A stretch of DNA of 64,000 nt from Nibricoccus sp. (GTDB taxonomy: Bacteria; Verrucomicrobiota; Verrucomicrobiia; Opitutales; Opitutaceae): NCBI GenBank assembly GCA_047602425.1, contig JASGHG010000001.1, forward strand, positions 2,464,001-2,528,000. The letters are read 5' to 3'. A program made the position numbers and the translations under genes. Under the pieces are notes generated by a model, which saw nothing but the letters and a program-made list of their open reading frames with translations, was not told the DNA's origin and ran no database searches. Within the stretch, counting starts at the first letter, position 1. Each line of letters starts with the position of its first letter. Below are positions 10,112-20,314 of the stretch, in pieces.

Positions 10112-11356
10112 CTAGTAGCTGTAACCAATTTCGAAGCCGAACTGTGTGCTCTTGAACTGAAAGAGGGCGACGTTCGAGAGGTTATTGGTGCGCTGATAAC
10201 TCAATGCGACCCGAAGGCGGGTGAGGAAACTGGTGCCAAGTGCAGCGCTCACCGAGTCGGCGGTGTCTTTTCGCCCTGTGATGGTTGGATTTCGGGTGGT
10301 TCGGTATTCTGTCTCCTGGCGATTGTAACCGGCGGTGAATTGCATGCGCTTGAACAAAATCTGTTGGAAGTTGAATCCGTACTGCGTCGATTCCGTGAGC
10401 TGACCATCGAGAAAAGAAGCAGCGGTGGAGCGGGAGGCCGTGGCGCCAAATTGAGTCCTGTTCACCGGCGCAATCTGAAGCGTTACTGTGTAGACGGGCG
10501 TCCGCACGTTGACGGAAGGCTCCGAATAAACGCGGCGATTTTCCAAGCCGGCTTGAGCGGACAAGCTCACTTGATGAATGGGTCTGAAAGTTATGCTGCC
10601 AAGGAATTGCAGCGCGGCCATGTCATCCGCTTTCCGGAGCGCGGTGAAACTGTATTGCGTGCCGATCGCGGTGTCGAGGTAGACCGAAGCCTGCCGATGG
10701 AGCATCTCACGAAATGTCCAAGTATGCGGGTCTTCGTAGTTACCCGAGGTATTGGTTAAGTTTTGCGTGAAGGCGGATTCAAGAGCCCAGTTGCGGCCCA
10801 TGGCGCAGTAGGCGTTGAACATGGTATTGTGGACATTCACTTTTGTCTGCTGCGCCGTCTCGACCATGATGGAGTTGGTGAAGGAAGAGGTGTGCGACGC
10901 GGTGAGCGTCCATATGTCATATTTGGTGTTCCAATATGCGCTCAGCGCCTGTTCGAGGCTGTCGTGAAAATCCGAGTTGGAATAGAGACTCCAAGTTTGG
11001 GCGTAGCGGAACGTCCAGTGGGAGCCTAGCTCTGCGGCCAGCTCTGGGATGAAGGTATGGATGTTGGTTTTACTGGCGACGCCCGGTTGGGATTGGATTC
11101 CATCGATCGCCACGAAACGGTAGAGAATCTGCGGATGGAGTACGAACGGTCCCCAGTACAAAGGCCGGCCGGCGGGCATGACGCCGCTGAGGTCGACCAA
11201 GCTTTCCTCGGCAGGGCGCACGCGCTCGGTAATGTCCGGCGTGACGGTGGTCTGGGCGAAAGTGGCTTGAATCAAACCGAAAGAAAGAACCAAAGCCAGC
11301 GGGGCAAATCCCTTCAGCCAGCATGCAGGGGTGGATTTTATGGAGGTCATTTTCAT
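10112..11356 (-). CDS. Outer-membrane beta-barrel protein of EPS export (BBP2/EpsL-like)
   Basis: Signal peptide, alternating amphipathic beta-strands, C-terminal aromatic signature FEIGYSY, and position in an exosortase/EPS locus. Confidence 0.75.
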   Translation of the reverse strand: MKMTSIKSTPACWLKGFAPLALVLSFGLIQATFAQTTVTPDITERVRPAEESLVDLSGVMPAGRPLYWGPFVLHPQILYRFVAIDGIQSQPGVASKTNIHTFIPELAAELGSHWTFRYAQTWSLYSNSDFHDSLEQALSAYWNTKYDIWTLTASHTSSFTNSIMVETAQQTKVNVHNTMFNAYCAMGRNWALESAFTQNLTNTSGNYEDPHTWTFREMLHRQASVYLDTAIGTQYSFTALRKADDMAALQFLGSITFRPIHQVSLSAQAGLENRRVYSEPSVNVRTPVYTVTLQIAPVNRTQFGATASRSTAASFLDGQLTESTQYGFNFQQILFKRMQFTAGYNRQETEYRTTRNPTITGRKDTADSVSAALGTSFLTRLRVALSYQRTNNLSNVALFQFKSTQFGFEIGYSY

Positions 11357-11432
11357 GGCGATGCCCGGTAGCAGCGTCTTGCAGGGTACGAATAGCGACG
11401 CGGAAGGCGAATGGTTGGTTGTGTTTTTAGTT

Positions 11433-13430
11433 TTATGCCTGTCGGAGGAGGGTGCCCCGGCAGACTTTTACAGAACTGCCTGGAGGCAGCGCGGCAGTCG
11501 ACCGACGATGGGAGACGAATTGTCGGTGGAGAAGTTGCGTGGAAATAATGCCGGCCAGGGCCATGTCATCAGTTTCACCGAGGCCTCCGTTCGCGGCTTT
11601 TTTTGCGAGCAATGCGACGGCATCCGGGTCGAAGAGGCCGGTTGCACGAAGTTGATCGGGCGAAAGGACGTCGTCGACGTAGTCGCGGGCGCCTTCGTTG
11701 AAGAAGCTGCGGTGAATCGGAGCGCGGTAGGGCTTTTTGCGGCGGCTGGCGATTTCCTCCGGCAACCAGCGCGACGCCAGTTTCTTCAGCAGGTATTTTT
11801 CGGTGAGGCCGCGCAATTTGAACGTGGGCGGCAGACGGTTGCAAAACTCGACGACACGATAGTCGAGGAAAGGGAAGCGGCCCTCGATCGAATGCGCCAT
11901 CGAGACCCGGTCGCCCTGCGAGCATAACAAATATTGTGAAAGGAAAATCGAGATTTCGAGATATTGGGCCTGAGCGAGAGAATCCCACTGCTTGAAGGCA
12001 GGCGGGTAGGCGAGTTGATCGAAGATCTGCGTTTGCTGGGCCGCGACGGTCGCTTTTACGGGCGCGGAAAAAAAACGGGTGGTGCGTCGTCCATTGCGCC
12101 AGCGCAGTGCGTGCGAATAGGTGGGGGCATCTGTTTCGAGGAGTCCTTGGCGGAAAAACGCTTCAAGGAACGAGGCATTGCCGCCTGCCACGCCGGGTAT
12201 GTCCGGATAGAGGCGCTTAAGCAGCAACGGACGCCGTGCTGAACCAGGATTGCGTGCCCAAAAGCGGCGGATTTTCGCCTCCTTGAAAATGTCGTAACCC
12301 GCGACAAACTCATCGGCGCCTTCGCCGGTCAGAACCACCTTGTATCCACAATCACGCACCAGTTTTGAAAGAAGGAACATGGGCGCAGGCGAGGTGCGCA
12401 TCAGCGGCGTTTCCGCGTGCCAGACGACGTCGGGGAACGCCCGGCCGATGTCGTCATGGGTGGCTTGCACGACGTTGTGCTTGGTGCCGAGAAACTCGGC
12501 CATTTTCAGCTGGTGTGGGCTTTCGTCGAACGTGGCATCGGTAAAGGCGATCGAGAAAGTCTCCAGTCGGTTTTTCGTGAAATTCCTGATGATCGCGGCG
12601 ATCAATGACGAATCGAGGCCGCCGCTCAAATAAGCGCCCACCGGAACGTCGGCGCGAAGGCGTATGCGCGCGGCGTCGATCAACAGCGCAGAAAGCTGTT
12701 CGATCATCTCGGCTTCGTTATTGGCGGTGACTGGCGGTTCGTCGATGGACGGGAAGTGCGGCTCCCAATACCTGCGAATCAGCAACTCGCCGCCGCGGAT
12801 CTGCATGAAGTGTCCGGGTGGCAGTTGGTAGATGCCTTTGAAAATACTGCGTGGCGCGAGTGGAGACCAGAAGGTGAACACCTGGTCCAGGACAACAGGG
12901 TCGATCTCGAAGGCGACGGAGCGCTCCGCCATGAGTGCCTTGATCTCGGAGCCAAAAACGAAACGCCCACCGCTCACGGCGTAAAAAAGCGGCCGCACGC
13001 CGAGGCGATCCCGCGCGAGAAAAAGCGAGCGCTCGCGAGTGTTCCAGACGGCGAAAGCGAACTGGCCATTGAGGCGATCGAGGCATTTCGGACCATATTC
13101 CTCGAAAGCGTGCAGAAGCACTTCGGTGTCGGAATTTGTGGCGAAACGATGGCCGCGGGCTTCGAGTTCGGGACGCAGTTCGACGTAGTTGAAAATCTCG
13201 CCGTTAAAAACGATCCAGAGCGTGCCGTCTTCGTTGCTGATCGGCTGTTGGCCTCCGCTCAGGTCGATGATGCTCAAGCGGGCGTTACCGAGACCGACTT
13301 GTTCGTCGAGATAGAGCCCAAATTCATCAGGTCCGCGATGCCGGATCTGGGCGAGCATGCCGGAGACCAGCTCCTCGGTGGGAGGGCTGGCGTGGTCGGA
13401 AAGGTTAAGTATGCCGGCGATGCCACACAT
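11433..13430 (-). CDS. asnB: Asparagine synthase-like glutamine amidotransferase (AsnB family)
   Basis: N-terminal MCGIAG, HRGPD, FNGEIFN, LSGGLDSS, LTGEGADE, R.PFLD. From context, a paralog acting on the polysaccharide or a carrier-bound substrate. Confidence 0.9.
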   Translation of the reverse strand: MCGIAGILNLSDHASPPTEELVSGMLAQIRHRGPDEFGLYLDEQVGLGNARLSIIDLSGGQQPISNEDGTLWIVFNGEIFNYVELRPELEARGHRFATNSDTEVLLHAFEEYGPKCLDRLNGQFAFAVWNTRERSLFLARDRLGVRPLFYAVSGGRFVFGSEIKALMAERSVAFEIDPVVLDQVFTFWSPLAPRSIFKGIYQLPPGHFMQIRGGELLIRRYWEPHFPSIDEPPVTANNEAEMIEQLSALLIDAARIRLRADVPVGAYLSGGLDSSLIAAIIRNFTKNRLETFSIAFTDATFDESPHQLKMAEFLGTKHNVVQATHDDIGRAFPDVVWHAETPLMRTSPAPMFLLSKLVRDCGYKVVLTGEGADEFVAGYDIFKEAKIRRFWARNPGSARRPLLLKRLYPDIPGVAGGNASFLEAFFRQGLLETDAPTYSHALRWRNGRRTTRFFSAPVKATVAAQQTQIFDQLAYPPAFKQWDSLAQAQYLEISIFLSQYLLCSQGDRVSMAHSIEGRFPFLDYRVVEFCNRLPPTFKLRGLTEKYLLKKLASRWLPEEIASRRKKPYRAPIHRSFFNEGARDYVDDVLSPDQLRATGLFDPDAVALLAKKAANGGLGETDDMALAGIISTQLLHRQFVSHRRSTAALPPGSSVKVCRGTLLRQA

Positions 13431-13463
13431 GATGTCTGAAAAGCTGCACCCTTTTAACGCGAG

Positions 13464-14093
13464 CTACGAACGCAGTCCAACGAGTTGTTCCTTCAGCCAG
13501 CCCGCGAAATCCTTCGTGGTTTTTGCGATTCCGGCGGACGAAGCCCACCAACGTTCGGGTTTGTAATCGTTTTTGGGGTACGAGATGACACCGACCGCCG
13601 TGGTCTGCCCCAACATGCGATCGTAGGCCAGCAGGCTTTGGCGCGCATGCGGCCCCAGCGTAATCACATTCACCCCTTTGGGCGCGTATTTTAGAGATAG
13701 CATTCGGTCGCGTACGGCGCGGGCCATATGCGAAGTGCGATTGAAGGAAGGGCATTCGGTCGGGCACGCTTCAATCTGCGTTTTTGGAACACCTCGCTTG
13801 AGCAGCCAGGCCGTGACAATGGCTGAATCAGATCCCTGCGAGAACCGCGGGTCGGTCCTTTCGAAAAACAGGCCCGAGATGAAAACCATGCGATATCGTC
13901 CCGAAAGCATCTCTTTGGCCGCTTCAGCCGCGACATATTCGGGCACCCAACCTTCGACCACGAGCGTGTCGGCCGCGACCGGCCTGCTGATGGCGAGGAA
14001 GGGGTGAACGAACCAAATGAAAAGAGCCAGCGCGGCCAGTGCCAGGAGGCCGGACAGCAGGAGGCGTCGGGAAGTGGATTTGCGGAGGCCCAT
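13464..14093 (-). CDS. YdcF/ElyC/SanA (DUF218)-like membrane-anchored protein
   Basis: N-terminal TM helix, LVVEGW, ISG, NRT, NVITLGPHAR..L.Y and WW motifs. Start taken at ATG 14093. Confidence 0.65.
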   Translation of the reverse strand: MGLRKSTSRRLLLSGLLALAALALFIWFVHPFLAISRPVAADTLVVEGWVPEYVAAEAAKEMLSGRYRMVFISGLFFERTDPRFSQGSDSAIVTAWLLKRGVPKTQIEACPTECPSFNRTSHMARAVRDRMLSLKYAPKGVNVITLGPHARQSLLAYDRMLGQTTAVGVISYPKNDYKPERWWASSAGIAKTTKDFAGWLKEQLVGLRS

Positions 14094-14101
14094 GGTGTGG
14101 A

Positions 14102-15676
14102 TCAACTAAGTCCGGTCTTCTTGATCTTGCCTGTGGCGGTTTTTGGAAGTTCGTCACAGAACTCCACCTTCTTGGGCACCATGAAGTCCTCCAAGTGCGC
14201 GCGGCAATGGGCCAATATTTGTTTTTCCGTCAATGCCGGGTCGCTGCTCACGACGAAGGCTTTGACCGCCTGACCGAGCACCGGATCGTGAACGCCGATC
14301 ACGGCGGCCTCGCGAATGCTCGGAATCTGGTAAAGCGTCGCCTCCACTTCCTTCGGCGCGACTTTTTCGCCGCGGCTTTTGATAATGTCGTCCTTCCGGC
14401 CGACGAAATAAAAGAATCCAGCTTCGTCCGTGCGGAAAAGATCGCCGGTCAGGCAGACCCGGTCGCCGCTCGCCGGATCGATGCGGTAACGCCTGGCGGT
14501 GAGTTCGGGCGCCTCCCAGTAGCCGCGCATGACATGACGACCGCGCACGACGAGTTCGCCCGTCGCTCCGGAGGGCAGGCGCCGGCCTTGTTCATCTTCG
14601 AGCCAGGCCTCGGTTCCCGGAATAGGCACACCGACCGAACCAGGACGACGATCCAATTCCGCCGGCGGAAGGAAAAGGGTGCGCTTCGTTTCAGTCAGGC
14701 CGTACATCGAGAAAACAGTGACGCCAGGGAATTTTTTGCGCAGCTCCTCGATGTGGCTGACCGGGAGGGCCGCCGCGGTGTTGGTCAGATAGCGCAGGCT
14801 GGAAAGATTGAAACTGCTCAGGTCCATCCCGAGGAGCATGGCGTAAACAGTCGGCACACCGGGGAATCCTGTGACGCGTTCCTGTTCGATGCGTTTCAAG
14901 ATGGCGGCGGGATATGTGAAGGAGCGTTCGAGCACCAGCGTGCCGCCGAATTTGAAAGTCATCAGCAGCTGATAAAGCCCATAGTCGAAGGAGAGCGGCA
15001 GTACGTTGATCACGACGTCGTTTTCCACGTTGCCGAGATACTCAATGATCGCGCTTGCGGCAAAAACGACATTGCTGTGATCGCTCATCACTCCTTTGGG
15101 TTCGCCGGTGGTGCCCGAAGTGTAGATCAGGCAGGCGAGGTCGAGATCGATGTTTTCACGGGCAGGCTGCCGGGCAGGAGATTCGGAAAGAGCCTGATCG
15201 AAACCGACAATCTTTAACAACCCGCTATCGGGAAAAGCCAAGGTTGCGCCACATTTGATGCAACCACGCAGCGAAGGAACGAGTTGGGCGCCATCACGGG
15301 CGAGATCGGCGACATCGGCCGCATTGTCGGTCACGAGCGCGGTCGCGCGGCAATTGTTCAGAATGTAGAAAAATTTGTCCCGCTTGGTCGTCGGGTTAAC
15401 GACCACGAACGTGGCGGACGCTTTAAGCGCACCGAAGATCGAAACCACCGTCTCGACGGAATTTTGGAGAAAAATCGCCACTCGATCACCGCGAACGACA
15501 CCGAGGGCCTTGAATGTGTGGGCCACGCGATTGGCCATCGCATCGAGTTCGCCGTACGTGAAACGTTTGCCGTCGCAAACGAGGGCGGTTTTTTGCGGGG
15601 TCCGGCTTGCGTTGTGTTCAAGAAAATCCCGGACGAGCAGAGCGTGCCGCGCGGCGGTGGTGGTGACGTTTGACAC
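14102..15676 (-). CDS. AMP-dependent acyl-CoA/acyl-ACP ligase
   Basis: YTSGTTGEPKGV, SFDYG, MYGLTE, TGD, GRKDDIIKSRGEKV.P.EVE, LPKTATGKI. Start probably GTG 15676, just downstream of the ACP gene. Confidence 0.9.
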   Translation of the reverse strand: MSNVTTTAARHALLVRDFLEHNASRTPQKTALVCDGKRFTYGELDAMANRVAHTFKALGVVRGDRVAIFLQNSVETVVSIFGALKASATFVVVNPTTKRDKFFYILNNCRATALVTDNAADVADLARDGAQLVPSLRGCIKCGATLAFPDSGLLKIVGFDQALSESPARQPARENIDLDLACLIYTSGTTGEPKGVMSDHSNVVFAASAIIEYLGNVENDVVINVLPLSFDYGLYQLLMTFKFGGTLVLERSFTYPAAILKRIEQERVTGFPGVPTVYAMLLGMDLSSFNLSSLRYLTNTAAALPVSHIEELRKKFPGVTVFSMYGLTETKRTLFLPPAELDRRPGSVGVPIPGTEAWLEDEQGRRLPSGATGELVVRGRHVMRGYWEAPELTARRYRIDPASGDRVCLTGDLFRTDEAGFFYFVGRKDDIIKSRGEKVAPKEVEATLYQIPSIREAAVIGVHDPVLGQAVKAFVVSSDPALTEKQILAHCRAHLEDFMVPKKVEFCDELPKTATGKIKKTGLS

Positions 15677-15695
15677 GGGCGAAAAGGAGCCAGGG

Positions 15696-15965
15696 TTAAC
15701 CTGGCTGAGAGCACTTGCGGGACAGAAACGCCGCAATCGAATCGATCGAATCGAGATTTTCCGGGATCAATTCGTCGTCCTTGATTTTTATCCGATAGGT
15801 CTTTTCGAGGTGCGCGACGAGCTCGAGGACGCCGGTCGAATCGATGATGCCGTTGGCCAGAAAAGAGGCATCGTTCGCGACACCATCTTCGCTGCCGAAC
15901 AGGAAGGTATCGACGACAAATCGACGAATTGCGGTTTTAAGGGAGGTCAGGGATGAGTCGTTCAC
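15696..15965 (-). CDS. Stand-alone acyl carrier protein
   Basis: GIIDSTGVLELV phosphopantetheine site, ENLDSI; 89 aa and acidic. Confidence 0.9.
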   Translation of the reverse strand: MNDSSLTSLKTAIRRFVVDTFLFGSEDGVANDASFLANGIIDSTGVLELVAHLEKTYRIKIKDDELIPENLDSIDSIAAFLSRKCSQPG

Positions 15966-15983
15966 AAGTAGAGCAACGATAGA

Positions 15984-16973
15984 TTAAGGACAGATTTGGA
16001 GGTTTTCAACGAGCAAGGGCGGCAAATGGAGATAGCGGGTGGTTGATCTTTTCCGCTCGATGTCGGCCCAGGCCAGTTCCACGGACTCCGGTGTCATTCC
16101 CGCGGCCTTGGCGACGGAGCCGGCGGGAAGCTTGTGGTTCAAGCCATAAAGACAAAGGTCCATCTTGTCGTAGGGAAGGGCGAAGTAGAATTCATCCTGA
16201 CCTTGCGGCATCGAGTAGGTGTCGGTGGTCGGCTTGCGCTGGCGGATGCCGGCCGGGAGATCGAGGTATTCAGCCAATTGATACACCTGCGTTTTATAAA
16301 GGTGGGCGATCGGTTTGACGTCGGCGGAACCGTCGCCGTTTTTCACGAAGAAACCCTGATCGTATTCCAAGCGATTGGGCGTGCCGGCGACGGCGTAGTT
16401 CAGGCGATCCGCGTGGTAGTATTCGATCATTTTGCGGATGCGTTGCTTGAAATTAGTGGCGGCGACCACGCCCAGATACGCTTTCAGCGGCAGACGTTCA
16501 CGGACGATGCGGCCGTCCGGGGCCTGCGCGACAATGGAAAACGTGGTGAAACCGTGGCCGGTGGCCACGCCGCCGATGACGAGCTTCGAAAGCCATCCGG
16601 GGCCGAATTCCGGGACAACTTCGCGGATCGCCTCGTCGTAGCGGCGATAAAAACCCACGGCTTCGAGCGTGCCTGTAATGTTTTCCTCAATACAAGCGAT
16701 GCCGAGGGAATCAGCCACTTGCTGGCCGAGCGAACTCGACTCCGATTGGGAGTGACGCTCGGGCATGAGAATTCCGAAAACTTTTTCTTTGCCCAGCGCC
16801 CTGACGGCCAAGGCCGCGGTCACGGTGCTGTCGATGCCGCCGGAAAGTCCGATCACCAAGCCGCGCCGTTTGAGTTCTCGGCCGAGCTGCTGGCGTAACG
16901 CCTCGACGATGCGTTGTGTTTCGACCGGAGCATCCAGTTTCAAATCGTTGAGCGAAAAGTCAGTTACGGACAT
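15984..16973 (-). CDS. NadE-like ATP-pyrophosphatase/amide ligase (NH3-dependent NAD synthetase family paralog)
   Basis: GLSGGIDST PP-loop, TNFKQRIR, GT.NRLE...GFFVK.GDG, KTQVY.LA, PTTD motifs; no glutaminase domain. Confidence 0.8.
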   Translation of the reverse strand: MSVTDFSLNDLKLDAPVETQRIVEALRQQLGRELKRRGLVIGLSGGIDSTVTAALAVRALGKEKVFGILMPERHSQSESSSLGQQVADSLGIACIEENITGTLEAVGFYRRYDEAIREVVPEFGPGWLSKLVIGGVATGHGFTTFSIVAQAPDGRIVRERLPLKAYLGVVAATNFKQRIRKMIEYYHADRLNYAVAGTPNRLEYDQGFFVKNGDGSADVKPIAHLYKTQVYQLAEYLDLPAGIRQRKPTTDTYSMPQGQDEFYFALPYDKMDLCLYGLNHKLPAGSVAKAAGMTPESVELAWADIERKRSTTRYLHLPPLLVENLQICP

Positions 16974-17121
16974 GCGGGGAAAATAGAGACGATCTTTCCT
17001 TCAGGAGAAGTACAAAGGAGGCGCGGCGAGGTCCACCCGATGTTTCGCGAAACATCCAGGTTGGTTTCTATGAAGTAGTTGCGTATGCTCCCGGCGACTC
17101 AGGTATAATCTTACACGCGGA

Positions 17122-17643
17122 TCAGGGTGTCTCAGGGAGGTCCTCAGCGGGACGGGCGGTGGCGATTGGTTTCAAACCGCGCACAAAATCTTCGTAGGGA
17201 TAATCCGGCCCCAAGGGCACGGTGATCCGCGCCAACGGAGCTGCGACGGAGCCTCCCCAGAACATGCGTGGTGGAATGGACCGGCTTACCACGCTGCCTG
17301 CGCGGATGACCGAGTCATCGCCAATTCGCACGCCGGGCAAAATAACGCAATGCGGGCCGACGAAAACGTTGTTACCGATAACGACTGGTTTTTCTCCGCC
17401 GGTGGCCCGGCGCTGGCCCCAGTGAAAATGAGCGAAAATCGACGTGCGCATGCCCAGCGTGCAATTGTCGCCGAGCGTCACGGCGTGAGGATAAATCTCG
17501 TCGATGTAGACGTTCTGGCTCACCCAGCAATTCCGGCCGATTTTGACTCCACGCAAACGGTGCAGGGTCGGTCGAAGCGAATAACCGCCCGGCGCAAGCT
17601 GAGCGAGGCGGGCAAAAAGCGCATTTAGCAGGCGATTCGTCAT
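17122..17643 (-). CDS. Left-handed beta-helix (hexapeptide-repeat) acyltransferase
   Basis: GVKIGRNCWV and VVIGNNVFVGPHCVILPGVRIGDDSVIRAGSVV hexapeptide repeats. Confidence 0.85.
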   Translation of the reverse strand: MTNRLLNALFARLAQLAPGGYSLRPTLHRLRGVKIGRNCWVSQNVYIDEIYPHAVTLGDNCTLGMRTSIFAHFHWGQRRATGGEKPVVIGNNVFVGPHCVILPGVRIGDDSVIRAGSVVSRSIPPRMFWGGSVAAPLARITVPLGPDYPYEDFVRGLKPIATARPAEDLPETP

Positions 17644-17727
17644 GGCGGTGGAGGGCAGGAGGAAGGAAGGTGTTTAGAACCCTGTCCCGACCATTTTGCA
17701 AGAGGCAGGTTGGTTGGCCATGAGAGG

Positions 17728-18627
17728 TTATTGGTCCTCGGGTTTAATAAAGGGCCAAGCCATTGATAGTTCGGATGCTGCGATTCCGGTCGCCTGTACG
17801 CTGAGAGCCCACAAATCCGAAGCGGCGTGGGATGTATGAAACGAAGAAAGCGCTGTCACATCGTGTTCGCGGCGCACATATCGGCCGGAAATTCCCTGCA
17901 TCGCGGGTGAGCAGAGGCGCAAAATGCCATCCGCCGCTCTGCCGGGCATCGCCAGATCCCGTTTGAGACTATGACTAACCAAATGGCGGAGCCAAGGAAG
18001 AAGTCCATTGTTCCTCGCGAACGACGAAAAAACGCCGCCGGGTTCGTAAACGTTGGAAGTTATTTTTGTCGGACTGAGGCGTCGCGCAAGTTCGGAAGCG
18101 AATACGATATTGGCCATCTTCGACCGCGCATACGCGAGACGACGGTCGTAGTTTTCGCGGTTGAGTTCCCAGCAGCCATAACCCGGCACCGCGCCGTGAT
18201 TCCCGGAGGAGACGGTGATAACGCCGCCTTCGGGCGCAGCCAGCAGGCGATCGAGCAGCAGGCAAGTCAGCAGGAAATGCCCGAGATGATTGCAGGCGAA
18301 CGTCTGTTCATGTCCATTGGCAGCGCTAAGATACTGATCATTTCTGGCACCCGCGTTGTTGATTAAAATGTCGATAACGGAATGATCGGTGCGAATGGCC
18401 ACGGCGGCGGTTCGCACTTGTTCCGGCTCGGCGAGGTCGGCCGCAATAAAAGTTGCGCTGTCATCGCCATGGCGCCGCCGAATTTTGCGGGCAATTTTCT
18501 CGCCGATTTTCGCCCGTCGGCCGAGCAAGATCACCCTGACATCGTTTCGCGCGAGCCTGAAGGCGACCGCGCGACCGAGGCCGGAAGTGGCGCCGGTGAT
18601 CACAGCGGTTTTACGGCGATCTGGCAT
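17728..18627 (-). CDS. Classical SDR oxidoreductase (retinol dehydrogenase-like subfamily)
   Basis: TGATSGLG, LINNAG, NHLGHFLLT, catalytic YARSK. Confidence 0.85.
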   Translation of the reverse strand: MPDRRKTAVITGATSGLGRAVAFRLARNDVRVILLGRRAKIGEKIARKIRRRHGDDSATFIAADLAEPEQVRTAAVAIRTDHSVIDILINNAGARNDQYLSAANGHEQTFACNHLGHFLLTCLLLDRLLAAPEGGVITVSSGNHGAVPGYGCWELNRENYDRRLAYARSKMANIVFASELARRLSPTKITSNVYEPGGVFSSFARNNGLLPWLRHLVSHSLKRDLAMPGRAADGILRLCSPAMQGISGRYVRREHDVTALSSFHTSHAASDLWALSVQATGIAASELSMAWPFIKPEDQ

Positions 18628-18675
18628 GGAATGACCGGTTAGAGGAATGTGTTCGGGCGGGCCGTCCCGGCGGGA

Positions 18676-19407
18676 TCATTCGTTCCTGGCAGTGAATTCA
18701 AACAACAGATTGGTCCGCAGGGTGAGGCGCTTGGGATAGCCGAACTGCTCAATCGTTCCAATTTCGCGTACCTTCAAACCATGCCTATCGGCTTGAGCTT
18801 GGAGGGATTCCTTGGTGTGGCGGATATAGTGGCCCGGATTTTCCGGATAGCGAAACTCGTAGTGATCGAGGGCGAAAACATCGCCGAGGAATTTGCCGCC
18901 CGGACGCATGCGCTGCCGCACCGTCTCCAGCAACTGGTGCATGACATCGTCGTTGAAATAATAGAGAATCTGGGAGGCCCAAAAATAATCGAACGTGTCC
19001 GAGCCGAGTTCATCGCGCCCAAAGGAGGACGATGCGACAACGCGGGGTTTTTTGTCGGCGAGACGATGCCTTGCGATCTGGGTATGGGCGGCGGCGATAC
19101 GATCCTGGGCTATGTCGATGCCGGTGTAGCGATTTGGCTCAAGGTATTTGATAAAGGCAATGCCGCCCTGGAGCGGGCCACAACCAATGTCGAGCAAGGT
19201 GTGGTGGGGTTTGAGGCCGTTGCTTTGGAGCAGTCGCAATTGGTAGCGTTGCAGTTGGCTCCAGAAACCCAGCGGACCCACCATCGCTTCGAAACGGTGA
19301 TGGTCGCGCAACCCCGGGATGAAGGCGCGGAGACCGTAGGCGCGCCGCCGAAGATGCTGCAATTGACGCTTGAGCTGGTGCACGAGAGGTCCTTGGGACA
19401 TAGGCAT
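18676..19407 (-). CDS. Class I SAM-dependent methyltransferase
   Basis: LLDIGCGPL.GG motif I, YTGIDI, FDY, RPGG. Start is ATG 19407 or 19401. Confidence 0.8.
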   Translation of the reverse strand: MPMSQGPLVHQLKRQLQHLRRRAYGLRAFIPGLRDHHRFEAMVGPLGFWSQLQRYQLRLLQSNGLKPHHTLLDIGCGPLQGGIAFIKYLEPNRYTGIDIAQDRIAAAHTQIARHRLADKKPRVVASSSFGRDELGSDTFDYFWASQILYYFNDDVMHQLLETVRQRMRPGGKFLGDVFALDHYEFRYPENPGHYIRHTKESLQAQADRHGLKVREIGTIEQFGYPKRLTLRTNLLFEFTARNE

Positions 19408-19509
19408 GATGCGGTGGCGATTCGGGACGATACAGAGTTGGAGGCTGGCGTAGTCAATACATCGCTTGTTCGCTCGACCTGGCAAATCGGCCAATGCAAA
19501 TTATTCGAC

Positions 19510-20280
19510 GTGGATCCCCATGACTCAAACGTCTGGTTGCTCGAAGCGAACACGGTGCATGTCTGGCACGCGCGTGTGTCGGCGCTGGGACAGGTCTTGC
19601 CGCTACTAGCGCGATCGTTGGCCAACGATGAGCGGAAACGCGTCGAAGGTTTTTTTCGCGCCGAGGATCGCGAACGCTTTGTCGCCGCGCATGGAATTTT
19701 AAGGCACGTTCTTGGCTGCTATCTGAAGGTTCGACCGGAGTTTTTGACCTTTGAGAAAACCGGGCAGGGCAAACCTCAGCTTGCGGCCGATTTTGCCGCG
19801 CCGAAAATTCGTTTCAACCTGGCGCATTCCGGTGACGTTGTGGCGCTTGCTTTCGCACGTGAGACGGAAGTCGGAATCGACGTCGAAGAAATTAACGCCC
19901 GGTTGGATCCGCTGGACCTTGCACAGAGCCAATTTTCGGAACGGGAGCTTGAAGGCTTGCGGGCGCTTTCGATGGACAATCTTCGCGAAGCTTTTTTTCA
20001 CTGTTGGGCGCGCAAGGAGGCCTATCTGAAAGCTCGCGGCGACGGATTGTTTTTCGCGCTCAACCGGTTTGCGGTGTCCGTGGAGCCGGGCCAGCCCGCG
20101 GCGTTGCTCTGGGTCGACGATGATATTGCGGCCGCGCAGACCTGGCGTCTGCACGATTTAGATCTAGGTGCGGGTTATGCCGCCGCTCTGGCTTTGCCCG
20201 ACACGCGGGCTGAAATTGCTGTGCGGCCTTGGGATCGCCGTTGGCTTTGCGAAGGTACCGCGAACGCTGACGTCCTTTAG
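19510..20280 (+). CDS. Sfp-type 4'-phosphopantetheinyl transferase
   Basis: VHVW, GKP, FNLAHSGD, VGIDVE, FF.CW.RKEAYLKA.G.G. Start taken at GTG 19510; the longer ORF from 18649 is antisense to the methyltransferase. Confidence 0.92.
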   Translation: MDPHDSNVWLLEANTVHVWHARVSALGQVLPLLARSLANDERKRVEGFFRAEDRERFVAAHGILRHVLGCYLKVRPEFLTFEKTGQGKPQLAADFAAPKIRFNLAHSGDVVALAFARETEVGIDVEEINARLDPLDLAQSQFSERELEGLRALSMDNLREAFFHCWARKEAYLKARGDGLFFALNRFAVSVEPGQPAALLWVDDDIAAAQTWRLHDLDLGAGYAAALALPDTRAEIAVRPWDRRWLCEGTANADVL

Positions 20281-20314
20281 GTATTACTATTTGTTTGGCA
20301 AACCGCCTCTTTTT

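Noticed and set aside
18649..19509. N-terminal extension making a 543-aa PPTase fusion
   Set aside because: It is antisense to the well-formed methyltransferase and has no recognisable motifs. PPTase homology begins near 19510.
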